Assembly: GCA_964016885.1 (NCBI GenBank)
Contig: OZ024742.1
Location: 120,404,001-120,468,000, forward strand
Source of the DNA: Eledone cirrhosa
Taxonomy: Eukaryota
Reading direction: 5' to 3'
DNA length: 64,000 nucleotides
Shown here: positions 51,374 through 64,000 of the stretch, piece by piece
Position numbering within the stretch: position 1 is the stretch's first letter
Layout: every line of letters starts with the position of its first letter
Position numbers and translations under genes: made by a program
The notes under the pieces: model-generated
Database searches by the model: none
Seen by the model: only the letters and a program-made list of their open reading frames with translations
Told to the model about the DNA's origin: nothing

Positions 51374-52479
51374 AAACAAGCAGGCATGTGATATGCCTGT
51401 GTTCTAGTTAGGGGTTGAAAAATACAGTCTAAGATGCTGAAAACACAGAAATTTGTTTACAATATAACATCTTGCTCAGCTAATCAGATTGTGTTAAGAC
51501 ACCACTGGTGATGGTTGTAACACAAATGAAAATTAAAATAAATTAAATGTAGTCAACAGTAAAAATTAAATAAAGTTATGAAGAAGGTAACAATGGGACA
51601 TTAACAATGTTAGAGCTAGATCAAATTAGATAGGATAAAATGCAGCTTGTGTTTATATATTGGTTTCTAACCACATGCTATATTTCACCATTATCTAGAA
51701 CACAGATCAACAACATCATTTCGTAATAGCCTTACTTTTGATGTTTTTTAATTTTGCCTACAGCTTATCTGTATATCCTACCTTACACAAAAATTTGAAA
51801 TTGACCAAACCCCACAGTGAACAAGTTCAATAGCTCACCCATTGCTGACCTCTGATCTACAGAAAGTGTTTTGAAAGCTTTAATGTTAAGTTAGATTTCA
51901 GCTATGACCATCTCATCTGTTTTCCTGCAGACAATCTATGTAAGACTAAATTTATCTATTTTTTAGGGTGTGATTTAAGGGAAATTAGGCTACTATATCT
52001 AGCAGTTTCAGCAACTATGTAGTAGCTCTCTAGCTTGCTCACATGTAAAAACACAATATGTCCTTCTATGTATTATGTTTGTTATTCTTTCTGTCTAGTT
52101 TTCTTTATTGCAAGTGAGAGAGTGTTTGCATCTTTAACAATTTTCTTTCCAAGTTATTCTACCAAACTAAATTAGATTTATAAGTAAAAGTTATGAAGTT
52201 TTTGAACATTCAGGGCACTTTTAACTCTTTTGATATTAAACTATATGAAACTGCTCCTACTGCTATGATACAAAACTGTTTATTTTAAAGAACTTATGTC
52301 TATCTAAAAACTTATCATAATTTTATGTAAGATACTTTGTTAAGTTATGCTCCAAACACTAACTTAACGAGAAAGTTATATTACTAAATCCCTCCAAATT
52401 CTAGATTATTTTCAAAATGATTTGAAAATCATAGACAGTTTATTTTATTAGAAATATAGTATTTTAATATAGAGCAGAT

Positions 52480-53682
52480 GTCATCATCACCATTTTACGT
52501 CCGTTCTTCCATGCTAGCATGGGTTAGACGGGTTGTCCTGTTGTGGGCAGTGTCTGGTCGGCTGACCATGCCTTGCTCATACAAGAACTGATTTTGGCTT
52601 GATTTCTACAGCTGGATGCCCTTCCTAACACCAACCTCATTTACAGTGAGTGCTGGGTGCTTTTCTCCGTGGCGCCTACACGTCCACTCTACAGTGTGGG
52701 CTGGGTGCTTTTTTGCCGTGGCACCTCCACGACCACTTTGCAGTGGGAGGGTGTGGGCATATTGTCTATATGCTTCAGCTTGTAGCCATGGGAGGTCAGG
52801 TACTCTGTATTACTGCGTGACGCCAGAGGTCACGGTCGTGTGTCATCGCCTTTGAGAGGTGTAATTGGGTAAGGTCGGTTTTATCACCTCATCCCAGGTC
52901 TTCTTGGGTCTCGCCTATCCGCGGTTTCCATTGACTTCAAGTGCTCTGAACCTTTTTATGCAGCTGTCATCCTTCATATGCATCACATGTCCATACCAAC
53001 GCAACCGCTTCTCCTGCACACAGTATTTGATTCCTCTTATGCTCAGTCTCTCTCTCAATTCATTTATGCTTTGCCGTTCGCGTATAGTACTATTACACAT
53101 CCATCAGAGCATGCAGGCTTCGTTTCTTTCTAATCTACGTAAGTCTTCCACCTTCAGCGCCCAGGTCTCACTACCATGTAACATTACTGTCCGTATACAC
53201 GCATCATACAGTCTGCCTTTCATTCTGAGGGAGAAGCCTTTTGCAGCTAACAGTGGTAGTAGTTCCCTGAACTTCTTCCATCCCGTTCTTACCCTAGTTA
53301 TTGTACTTTCTGAACACCCACCTCCGCTGCTAATTCGGTCACCTAGGTAGCAGAAGCTGTCTACTGTTTCTACAGGGCCCTCCCAGAGATTGGTGGTACT
53401 TGTTTCCTGTGGCTGTTTGCTGCTTGCTGTCCCAGCACAGCTGCTACATGTGAAGCCTACATTCTTAATTAAGCTTCCTGAGATCCTACTACATCTCTTG
53501 TGTACCCATTGTTTGCATTTGGGGCAGAGAATGGAGTTCCTACCTACACCTTTCCCACATACTTAGCAAGGCCATTTCCCTGAGGGGATCTGGGTTCTGT
53601 TTTCTAGTCTACTTACAAGGACCTTAGTCTTTGTCAGGTTGACTTTGAGACCCTTTCTTTCTAGTCCCTGCTTCCAAGTTTG
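52480..53682 (-). mobile_element. 5'-truncated RTE-clade LINE with full 3' UTR, same subfamily as 21962-23216
   Basis: Near-identical reverse complement of 22156-23050; (ATG)n tail. Confidence 0.93.
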
Positions 53683-56639
53683 TACCATACAAACACACAC
53701 ACATTACATTGCTTGATTTAGGTAAACACAACAATGTCAAGAACCATTTTATTTGAACTTTGTTGTTTTGTTTCCTTTTTTAAGCCATAAAATATGTAAG
53801 ACAATGACAATGTCTGTTCTGTTTTAACATGAAATCAGAATCTATTCACAGATGGTCTATAGTAATTCTGAACTAATGATGGTAGCCGAAGGGGGTAGCG
53901 AAATATTTCTTACTGAGTTAACCAAAATACACTACAGTTGCAGTAGTAAAGAGGTGTATGGAGAACAACAACATCATCATCATCAAAGAAATCAGAAGCT
54001 AAAGAGAATTATATCGTAAATATAAAATCATAGAAAGTTATGTTAAAAGTTATGATACTTATTTTTGACAGAAAACAAATACAAAAGAGTGATAAAGCTT
54101 TATATTTCTCCGAATCAGATGTTAATGAAGCAATTATTGTATAGTGAAGTCCAATTGTACATGGACTTCACTATGTATGTGTATATGTAAGCATATGTAC
54201 AACTACATAATATATTACTTTACAAATAGAATGCTTCATTTAAACAATATGAACTAGGCAGGAATTAAAAAATATTTAACACATTGTTCTTTAATTAATG
54301 GTCTTTAATTAAGTTCTATACAGAAATTAATTATTGATCAATATTAAGGGCTTTTTCTTTTTAAATATCTTTTGCTACAAATTTGGAAACATCGTTAGAT
54401 GCGTACTTTACAAAAGGGATCTAACAGTAACTGGACAACTTGGTACAGTGTATTCTAATACAAGTAAAAATTAAAAGTTGATACTCAACAGATCAAATAA
54501 ATTATTCAGATTTCCTTTTGAGAAAAAAAAATATTCAACACTCCAGAGATGAATAAAATAAACAAACAAATCTTAAGTTTTAGACTTAAATCAGAAAGTA
54601 CTCAGATAAATTAAACACAGCTGAACATTCTTATTGAACAGAATTAATTATCAATGAAGATCAATACTATTAGTGATATTAATCAAGTCTAGATGAAACC
54701 TAACTTAACTGCACTCGCTTTTATTCTCTTGAACAAACAATATGTCATCACCTTTGCTTGTCACACTTTAAAAAACGTGAAATCTTATTAATTCTTCTTA
54801 TCTTCCTCACTTCCATTTTTGTGGCCCTTAAGGGACCCAGCATCACTACACTACTATACTTAGCCAACCTACAATTTAGAAAAAAGAAATGTTGATTTGA
54901 CAGTCACAACTGAAAGGTTCAATGGAAATGAGAGTGGCAATGGTAAAGATAACAAACCGGTTCAATTAATGACCCAATACTAAATAAGACTCCTAACTTG
55001 CCATACATGCATAACATCATACTTACCTTTCTTCTCCCCATTTACCAAATAGTAGAGAGGGCTCTTTAGTTAGAACAATAGCAGACAACCTCTCTAGTGT
55101 CAGTGCCATGAAAATGTACCCAATAAACCCTGTAATATGGTTGGCAACAGGAAGGGCACTCTGCTGTAGAAATCATGCCAAAAAGGGTCAAGAGGACCCT
55201 TCAGTTGTGTCAACAGTACAACAACTTCTCTAGTGTTGGTGATCTATATGATAAACATTTCCAGTAAATGCTGTAAAGTGGTTGATAATAGGAACGGCAT
55301 CCAGCCATAGAAAGCTTGTCAAAAAACAGGTCGGGAGGACCTCTCGTGCTGATGTCACAATAAAATGTACACAATTGAGTGAGAGGCTGTATGTAAGTGA
55401 GATGCATATATTGAGCTAAACATTGTGCTTCTCCAATCAAAAGTTCATAAACATTTATTTTTTTTTAATATCCACACATCCTCTTTCACACAAAAATTAT
55501 CAACCAATAATATTGATTATTCACATAATTGAAACAAGTAACAGATTTCTAATAAAATATTTCATGAAAATTCCCTCGTTTTGTTTTTGCTTTTTTTTTG
55601 TTTTTTTTTACAAGAATATATACATACGGTAAATTGTCTAAATTATAATTAAAGTGACTTGACTTTATCAGTTTACACACTAACTACCAATTACATGGCT
55701 TTCAAGTATTAGGTATTAATTGATGAATAATGAGATTGATTATAGATGAATGATTATGTTTCTAGACAGCTATATTCAAAATAGTTCAATAAAGCAGAAA
55801 AAGAACAGCTAATTTTTAAGGAGAGGGAAATTCCAAATAACATAAAAATCAAGTTCAATTTGGAAATTTCTATTGTACATTCATCTGTCAATTTCTTAAC
55901 ATTTGTCTCTAACATTCTACGCACACAACAATATTGAATATGTGTAAATAAAGATACAAAGTAATCACAAGAGATAAATAAATAAATGTTCAACAATTTT
56001 CTCCTTTTTAAATGTTTTTTTTTTTTTAGATATTATTTGTGCAAAACAGTAGATGTTCATATTCTTTTATTGTTTTCAGTCCCGCCTCCAACTTAGTCAC
56101 TTAAGCTACAAACCCTGGTACTGTGGCACGCAATACAGAGGACAGGAAGACAAGCAAATACAGGGGCTTGTCTGGTAGGTTTTTGTCGTCACACTAACAT
56201 GACCATTTTACAGTGTGAACTGCACCCGTTTGTTGTGTCACCAAAATGACCAATTTACAGTGTGGATTGCGTGCTTTTGTTGTGCCGCCAACATGCTCAC
56301 TTTACAGGTTGGGCTGGGTGATTATTGTCATACCATATTAGTGTAGGGGTGTATGTAGGGTGGGGTGGAGGTTAGAGGTCTAAGGTAGGGTACTTTGCTG
56401 GTGAGGGCTGAAGTGATGAAGATATGGAAGAGTATGGAATTTCCATATTTGTATATATGGGTTGGCCAAAAGTGGTGCATTAGATGTGGAAAGTGGGGTG
56501 GTGGTGTATGTAGGGTGGGGGATTGGAGAAGTAAGGGTGGGTTAGGGTACTTAACTGGTGAGGGGTAGAGTGATTAAAATATGGAGAGAATATGGAAGGG
56601 GGAGAGAGTTACTGCATATTAGAGACAGCTAGATGTTGC

Positions 56640-57025
56640 TTTACCCCATGTACATGGGAAAGCAGGTCTTCTGCAGTACTGCATAATGCCAGAGATCACA
56701 ATCCAGTGTTTATCACCTGTGAGAGGAGCTATTGTGTGAGGGTCAGTTTTTATCACCTCATCTCAAGCTTTCTAGGTCTTCCACTTCCATAGCTTCTATC
56801 AACTTTGAGCGCCCTGCACTTTTTTATACAGTTGTCATCCTTCATGATCATCACATGACCATACCACCACAATCTCCTCTCCTGCACACTGCATCTGATC
56901 CCTCTTATTTTCAGTTTCTCTCTCAGTTCATTTATGCTTTGCCGTTCTTGGATATTACTTTTACACATCCATCGGAACATGCACGCTTCAATTCTTTCCA
57001 ATCTGTGTAGGTCCTCTGTACACAT
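56640..57025 (-). mobile_element. RTE LINE 3' fragment
   Basis: ERRLWWYGHVMIMKDDNCIKKC, GRPRK. Confidence 0.85.
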
Positions 57026-57029
57026 AGCG

Positions 57030-57086
<57 letters not shown>

Positions 57087-57372
57087 CTAGGGCGGGTAAA
57101 ATTCCCGAGATCCATGGACAAGTTCTCTCCAGCGGTCTCTGTCCCTCATTATCACTGCCATGTCCTGCGTCTCCAACAGACCAGTGTCTCTCCTTAGGGC
57201 ATCAACATACGTTAACCTTGGTCTTCCTCTTCCAGTGTGTCCATGTAGGGGCTCCCACAGGAGCACTGAGTGCAATGTCAACTCTGGATGTCGGTAAGCA
57301 TGTCCAGCTAACCTCAGTCTCCTCTGTGTCACTTTTGAGCTGACTTTTGGGAGGCTCCCATACAGCTCTGAG
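57087..57372 (-). mobile_element. 3' fragment of a second RTE-like LINE family, between (TA)n tracts
   Basis: LYGSLPKVSSKVTQRRLRLAGHAYRH...LLWEP...GRGRPRLTYVD. Confidence 0.8.
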
Positions 57373-57388
57373 TTTATATATATATATA

Positions 57389-57899
57389 CTTGGTGAGGCA
57401 ATAAAGTCTTTAGAATAGTATTCTGTCTGCCATATATAGCAGTAAATGTAGTTAATATTAATTGGAATTTGAACTTTGTTGTACATGTGTGATATTCTGT
57501 ATGAATGCTGTATTTGGTGGCAGGCCGATGCATAATTATTTTGCTGTCATTCTTGTGATTTTATAATACGCACATCAAACTGTTCAATCCACAAAAGATT
57601 TTTTCCAGAGGAGAAGAGTAGCAATGATCAAACAATCACCCTATAGTCCCAAATTAAATTTGTGCCATCGTGGAGTGTTCAAGTTATTAAAGCAACATCT
57701 TTGAAATTTTGTTTTTGCTTCATTAGAAGAGGCTGTAGATGAATCGTTGCCGAACGAGTTAAATGCTTTGCATAAGCACTGTAAAGATGTTATTGCATTC
57801 AATGGGGATTATGTTTTGCAGAATAAATAAATTTTAGTTTCAATATGTTGTGCATTTTCATTTAAAGGGTTATTCTAAGGACTTTATTGCCACGACAAG
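57389..57899 (+). mobile_element. internally deleted mariner (Tc1/mariner) element
   Basis: About 29-bp TIRs CTTGGTGAGGCAATAAAGTCTTTAGAATA / CTTGTCGTGGCAATAAAGTCCTTAGAATA; 57633-57830 reads QSPYSPKLNLC...HCKDVIAFNGDY (YSPDL-like and GDY motifs). Confidence 0.85.
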
Positions 57900-58104
57900 A
57901 GAGAGAGCGAGAGAGAGTGAGTGAGTGTGTGAGAGAGTGTGTGTGTCTGAGTGAGCGTGCGCGCGTATATATATATATGTAGGAGGTGAGTTTTATTGTA
58001 GTACAATAAAGCAATGCAGATATCGGATAAGAAGCACTCTACAGTTTGTGGGACTGGAGTATGCATAATATAAGATCAAAAGATGGTTAAAGGAGTTCAA
58101 TATA

Positions 58105-58171
58105 TTTTATTATGCGCATTTCAAAAACAAACATCATCAAACAATAATATTTGTGTTTTCATCAGATAAAA
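58105..58171 (-). ncRNA. hammerhead ribozyme (mirror copy)
   Basis: Reverse complement of 58284-58350. Confidence 0.8.
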
Positions 58172-58283
58172 CAGGAGAACATGATATGAAGGCTAAAAAA
58201 ACACTTGTTGATAGTGCAGTTATGTTGATTTAAAACTGCACTATCAACAAGTGTTTTTTTAGCCTTCATATCATGTTCTCCTG

Positions 58284-58350
58284 TTTTATCTGATGAAAAC
58301 ACAAATATTATTGTTTGATGATGTTTGTTTTTGAAATGCGCATAATAAAA
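58284..58350 (+). ncRNA. minimal type I hammerhead ribozyme
   Basis: TTTTAT-CTGATGA-stem II (15 pairs, 3 G.U, GTTT loop)-GAAA-TGCGCA-TA-ATAAAA; palindromic stem III ATGCGCAT; AATAAA overlaps the 3' strand of stem I. Confidence 0.8.
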
Positions 58351-61300
58351 TATATTGAACTCCTTTAACCATCTTTTGATCTTATATTATATATATATAT
58401 ATATATATATAATTATCCCAATGATATCAACATTCCAATAATGACCCTATTACTTAGATGACGATTATTATGAGAATAGACCCTCTCAAGTTGACAATGG
58501 TCAATATAATGATCTGCTTGTAATATCACTATTGCTATTGGAAACATTTCATGCAAAAGCCATCCATTGTTCTTTGTTTCTATCAATTGCTAATTTTTTT
58601 GTGTGACAAAATTTCGTAGTGATAATGTGAACCTGTCAATTTCTATTTAATTCAGTTTCACAATAATGTCATTTTTTACACTAAGTTTTTTTTTTCCCCT
58701 CCCCATATCTCAACCCTCTGAAAATGTAGTCATCAGCAGACAAGTGGAATATTTTTTAACTAGTTATTTATGCACATAATGCAAATATGGCCATACATAT
58801 TTCCTGATGTCCAAATAATATTCTGTGTAAAATTCATATTAGTGGGAGTTGGCATTCCAATAGCATACTCCCCAGTTACTGGTAATGATCTCATTCATAT
58901 AGATACAATGACAGTTTTGAAAGCTTATGAATATGGTGGTATATGTTTTATTAATCTTAGTGGCTTGAAAGGCTATGCTGAACCAATACGCTGATAAACT
59001 ATTTAACATTTTTTATACTAACCTGCCCAAAACAACCTCTGCTTCTATGAAATAAAACAAGCCATTCTAAAGGGTTTCTATTCAAATTTAAATCTAACAT
59101 AATTTGACATGAGAAACCTTTGTTAAATTATATTCTAAGTACCAATTTTATAATGAAATAATTATTTTAGTAAATCCTTCCAAATTTTTCGTTAATTAAT
59201 TCAAATAGAAACAGTATTTCCTTATAAATATAGTAATGAAAGGTTAAGAAAAGTTGATTATGTCATCTTTAAAATCTTGAGTCAAAATTTCCAACAGATT
59301 ACCCTAACTAGTAACTTTGCAAGACAATTTTGAGAAAATGTCAGCATCTCCTGATGCAGTTGTCACTGAACATTGTAATAACAGTTGAATATTTCAATAC
59401 ATATGATTATTTGAACTGTGCACAAAACTGAGAGAGGGGGGGGGTCAACTGCTTACAGGTAAGCTGATTGAACTTAACAGCTCAGAGTTTAAAACAAATT
59501 GCTAGTCATTTTTGCATAGTCTATCATCAGATGGAATATGTGATCTGTCAAACATATGTGATTCTATTTTGCTATTTCAATATTGGTGGGTTTTAAGACA
59601 TCTAGATTTCAGTTATTTGTTGGGAATGATGTGACTTCATTATAATTATGTCTTACTCTCTTACATCCATTTTGAAAAGTTAGCATGAGAAATTACTCTA
59701 TTTTTAAAAACGTGGACACCAACTACTCTCAGCAACTTAGTTCACCTAACTGTGAATTAGTACCACATTGTGTTAATCCTGCTGTTTAAAAAGTATGGTT
59801 TGAACCATAATAGAAGCACTGATAAATTGTTTTTTGCAGCTATATACATCTTCTATAGCTAACCATTTCAATTGTGAATTTGCAGTGGAAACATCATGAC
59901 CAAAATGACTGAAGTAAGCTTGATTACAAACTTTTCCTAGAAGCACTTACTACATAGCAGTTATAGTAACAGTGGTGGTCAATAGTCCAGTGTCTTAATT
60001 CCCAACCAATGCTTTATTTACACAAACCAAACTTAGAGACTCACTATCAGCCATTGTTAACGATGAAGTAACAAACATTCTGAAATTCATTTAAAGTACA
60101 ACTAACATCAAAATGGAAATATGTTAGCAAGTAATAGACAAATAAAACTAGTTTTCTCTTGTGTTGGTCATGTGATATATGATCTACTACTTCGATTCGG
60201 TCATCTCTTCATAGTGAATCTATTTTCTCCTCTCATGCTTTCTCTGTAGATAGCAGTATCTCTCCCCTTAAAAGCATATGATTTCTGTTTCTCATACACT
60301 CGTTCTGTTTTAATTCCTGAACAAAGCAACAGATATGATATTTTTTATGGTCCTAATCCACAAGCAATTTCAAGACTCCACACAAAACAGTATTCTCAAT
60401 CAGGGTTTCTGTTGTCATGTATACATGTGCACAAGTATGTATAGGTATCCATACTATTGTAATCAAAGGAACAGTTTTACATTCGATATATATTTATGAT
60501 TTCATCTTGTTCTTAATGAAGAAAGGAGAGTTACTGTTTGAGTTTAAGACAATAAGCACTTATTTTAGTAGTTTTCCTGCATGCCATTTATGTTCAAGAA
60601 AGTATACAGGTACATACAGTTTATCATTTCAAACAAGAATGTCTATATTCACAACATTACTCTACATTAACCTTTTCATTACACTGTTTCTAATTAAAAA
60701 CACTGCCAATGACGCTCACGTCATTTTGAAAATAAACAAGAATTTTCTCATTATTTATCTGATGCTTGGAATATAACTTCTTAAAGGTTCTTAAATATGA
60801 TTGTGGTTAAAATAAACAACTTTGTATCATGAAACCAGGGATGTTTTAAGCAGTTTGCTATCAAAAGAGCTGATTCAGAATTATGAACCAGAGAGAGAGA
60901 GAGAGAGATCTATATATTACTAATACAGTATACATGTTTAATTCAGTACTTGACATTTTTCTTTGCATCTTTCTTCTAAAGCCTGTATTTCTAAAAATAT
61001 ATTGTTTTATCTCAGCACTACACAGAATGTATTTAACTGTCTTTCTATCAAATATTTCTTAGCTACCTTAAAGATATTGTACTTTGCTTGCCTGCTTCTC
61101 TTTCTATTATTTGCCTTCTAACCAATATAATCAAACACTAACTTTAACTCAATCCCATATAAATGGAAGGCTTCCATGTAATTCTAATCTACTCCATAGA
61201 AAATGTTAAAAGACTAAAAACAATCACATGATAATGATATATGTACTAAAGCAGAAGGTCAATGTACTATTAAAATCTACATTCTAGTTCACAATCAAAA

Positions 61301-64000
61301 CAACATATCTCTAAAGAGAAACATTTGGGAAGATAATCCATAATTAAAACTTCTACAGATATATATACATATTTATGATTTTGGGAAGTAACATATGTAT
61401 AGAAGAAAGAATCTCTATAGTAATTATTGCACTGGAATTCTTTGACTGTCTGCCACAAAAACACTATGATCACACAAACAAATTTCATTAAAAATTCCTG
61501 GAATGCAAATCATCATCATCATCATCATTTAACGTCTATTTTTCCATTGCATGAACTGTGCAGGCTGTCATACCATAAGACAAGTCAGGTAGTGACAACG
61601 TCTTGCTCGTAGATTTTTGGACAAGGTACCTTTTATTGTAGCACAAAAATAATCAACAGAGTGGACTCAGTGTTTTTTCATAGTGTCAAATATTTTAAAA
61701 TGCATTTTCTGCCAACAGTTTTTATTCCATATGCATGTGTGCATGCACATGTGTGAGCACATTGAAATATGACCATCTCTTATTATAGATACAGAATATC
61801 TGATGTTACATTATCCATCCTGTTCTTCCTTTTTTTTTTTTTAATAATGGTAGAGAACAGTTTTTGGGTTTTTTTTTTTAGTTGCTTGCGTGGTTGTGGG
61901 TTTTTTTTTTGGGGGGGGGGGTTATTTTGCAGTTGTTTGGGCTAACCCACAGAGGATTTTTCATTAGTACATATTTAGTGCTTGGCAAGGATATTTTATT
62001 CTACTTTTACATTATATTTAGAGTTATTTTCAGTTCAACTTCAAGAAATCAGAAACAGCAACAAGTAACAAAAAATATGGAACTGAACATCAGAAATTTT
62101 TATAAATTGCTTCCCTTGACACCGCATTATGTATTAAGGGGAGGTCACTGTATTGGCAACATAATGAGCCTATATCGTCCAAAAGGTTAAGTTGTCTTAC
62201 AAATCCCATCTTAATGAAATGATTAACAAATTTAGTAAATCCCTCCAAATTCTTCATTAATTAACTGAAATAGAATGTAATTCACTTGGAATGTGATGGC
62301 TTCATGTTTCAAATCTTGAGAGGGTTGACATTTTATTTTTTGTTTGTTTCGTTTTATATCAACAAAAGGAGGGATTGATAAAATAAATACCAGTAAGATA
62401 TTGAGATCAGTTACATATCAAACACACTTGGCTGAAATCGTTCATGATTATCACTTTTTTGGAAAATATCTTCATATTCTAGCAGAAATAAATTCTGTAT
62501 TTACCCTACAAGCTCCCGATTGCAGTTTGAAACATGAGAAAGTTGACAGAAGTATATTGAATAATAACAATAATATATTGAAGGAGGGGGGTGGAATATT
62601 TAGAATAGTCACTAAGCTTTTCCAAAATACACAACTAAATATATGATTTTACAGAACCATACAATCATAGCTAGAACAGCAAACAGAATATGGAAAAAGA
62701 ATTGAAAATTATATAGAGAATATATATCCAGGAATGCATTAGACATGTAACACACCATTAATTTATAATTGTAAATGTATAGCAATATGAAATTATTACA
62801 ATTTTCTATAATTATAGAAATAACTCATTATACAGTACTTAAAAGTATATTTTTCACGTGGCCTGAGGCAACCAATTAAAATGTAGTGTTAATATGATTA
62901 CATCCAATTAAAACATATTCATGTTGTCTCAACTACTTCACACATACAGCTAGTGTGGCCCTATGGCCAAAAGTAATCAATTAACATAGTGCTAATGAAT
63001 GAGACATAAAATGTGTGCGAAAATAATTAGTTTTTTGTTGTTGTTTTAATGTCTGAATCATACTTTTAAAATGTTCAAGGACCACAACATTTTAACACTT
63101 TGATTTTCTGTTTGAATCTAAAAACAATACAGCATTTTTCAATATGGCTAAGATTTATGGATGCTGAACTATTGTCTCAAGTACTGACAGTTTCTATCTT
63201 AATGTCAGCACCTGATCTGTTATTGACAAAGACATTTAGCACTCCTTAATGATACAGCAACATGTATACACCTAATATGTATACCAGCATCTAAAACTAT
63301 CTGAAACTGGCCTTGGTTCTACAATACCAAACTGTTTATTCTAATGAGTTTATAATGTGTTCATAATTTGATGTAAGAACTTTTAAGTTATGATGTTATG
63401 AAAACCAGCTTATCTGCCCAGAATTCTCTCACTTCTTTCTGTCCAAACCAGCCGTAACTGGCTGCTTATACTTATGTTAAGGTATTGTCCTCAAAATAAA
63501 TAATATCAAAATCTCATAGATTTTTTACACAAGGCCAGCAATTATCCCAGTGTATTACTAGTACTTTATTTTATCGACCCTGTAAGGATGAAAGGCAAAG
63601 TTAACCTCGGCGGGATTTGAACTCAGACCATAAAGCGCCGTAACTCTTTGCTGCAAAGCATGGCGTCCGACTCTCTGCCGATACTGCCAATCTATAATTA
63701 TAATAAAGTGTTTACTGTGAAAATACAAGAGTAAATATAGAGTAAAGAAAATGCTAAAGGGTTAATGAAAACAAATAGTTATATTACTAAACTCCAATTT
63801 TTTTATTATTTTCAAAATTATTTTTAAAATCATAGGCAGTGTCTTTCATTTGAAATATAGAAACAAACGGGTTAAAAAAAAAACATTGATATAATATTAA
63901 ATGCTGCCTTTCTTGCAAGGCACCTGGCATTTTTCCATATGTTCCTTATGATTAACATGAATAAATGAATGAATGGAAATACCTATAAAGTGATAAATTA

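Larger units (their letters stand above)
57980..58390. mobile_element. second fold-back hammerhead element: 157-bp inverted arms plus about 85-bp tail, in (TA)n
   Basis: 58065-58221 is the reverse complement of 58234-58390; 12-nt spacer; unique tail 57980-58064; (TA)n on both flanks. Confidence 0.9.

Noticed and set aside
58410-58994. Higher-complexity stretch with a 74-aa ORF
   Set aside because: No recognisable motif or splice structure; possibly a decayed transposon but unsupported.

Overview
AT-rich, repeat-dense eukaryotic DNA. The SINE, RTE-LINE and (TA)n content looks like an octopod cephalopod; this is inferred from repeat types, not from a database match. No intact host gene, RNA gene or CRISPR array is visible. 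The long ORFs are either transposon remnants (RTE, CR1 and Rex1-type LINEs, a hAT/Buster transposase, a mariner) or artefacts of tandem repeats. The most notable signal is a set of unrelated-sequence inserts in (TA)n tracts that carry minimal type I hammerhead ribozymes (HHRs), as in Penelope-like elements and retrozymes. Two of them (6585-7493 and 57980-58390) are near-perfect fold-back palindromes with a ribozyme on each strand and a tail on only one arm, and one uses a U3-A8 core variant. Other observations: a C4HC3 PHD-type finger embedded just after the RT core of the RTE LINEs, two minisatellites amplified from LINE coding motifs, a 31x68-bp satellite, and weak candidate minus-strand micro-exons.
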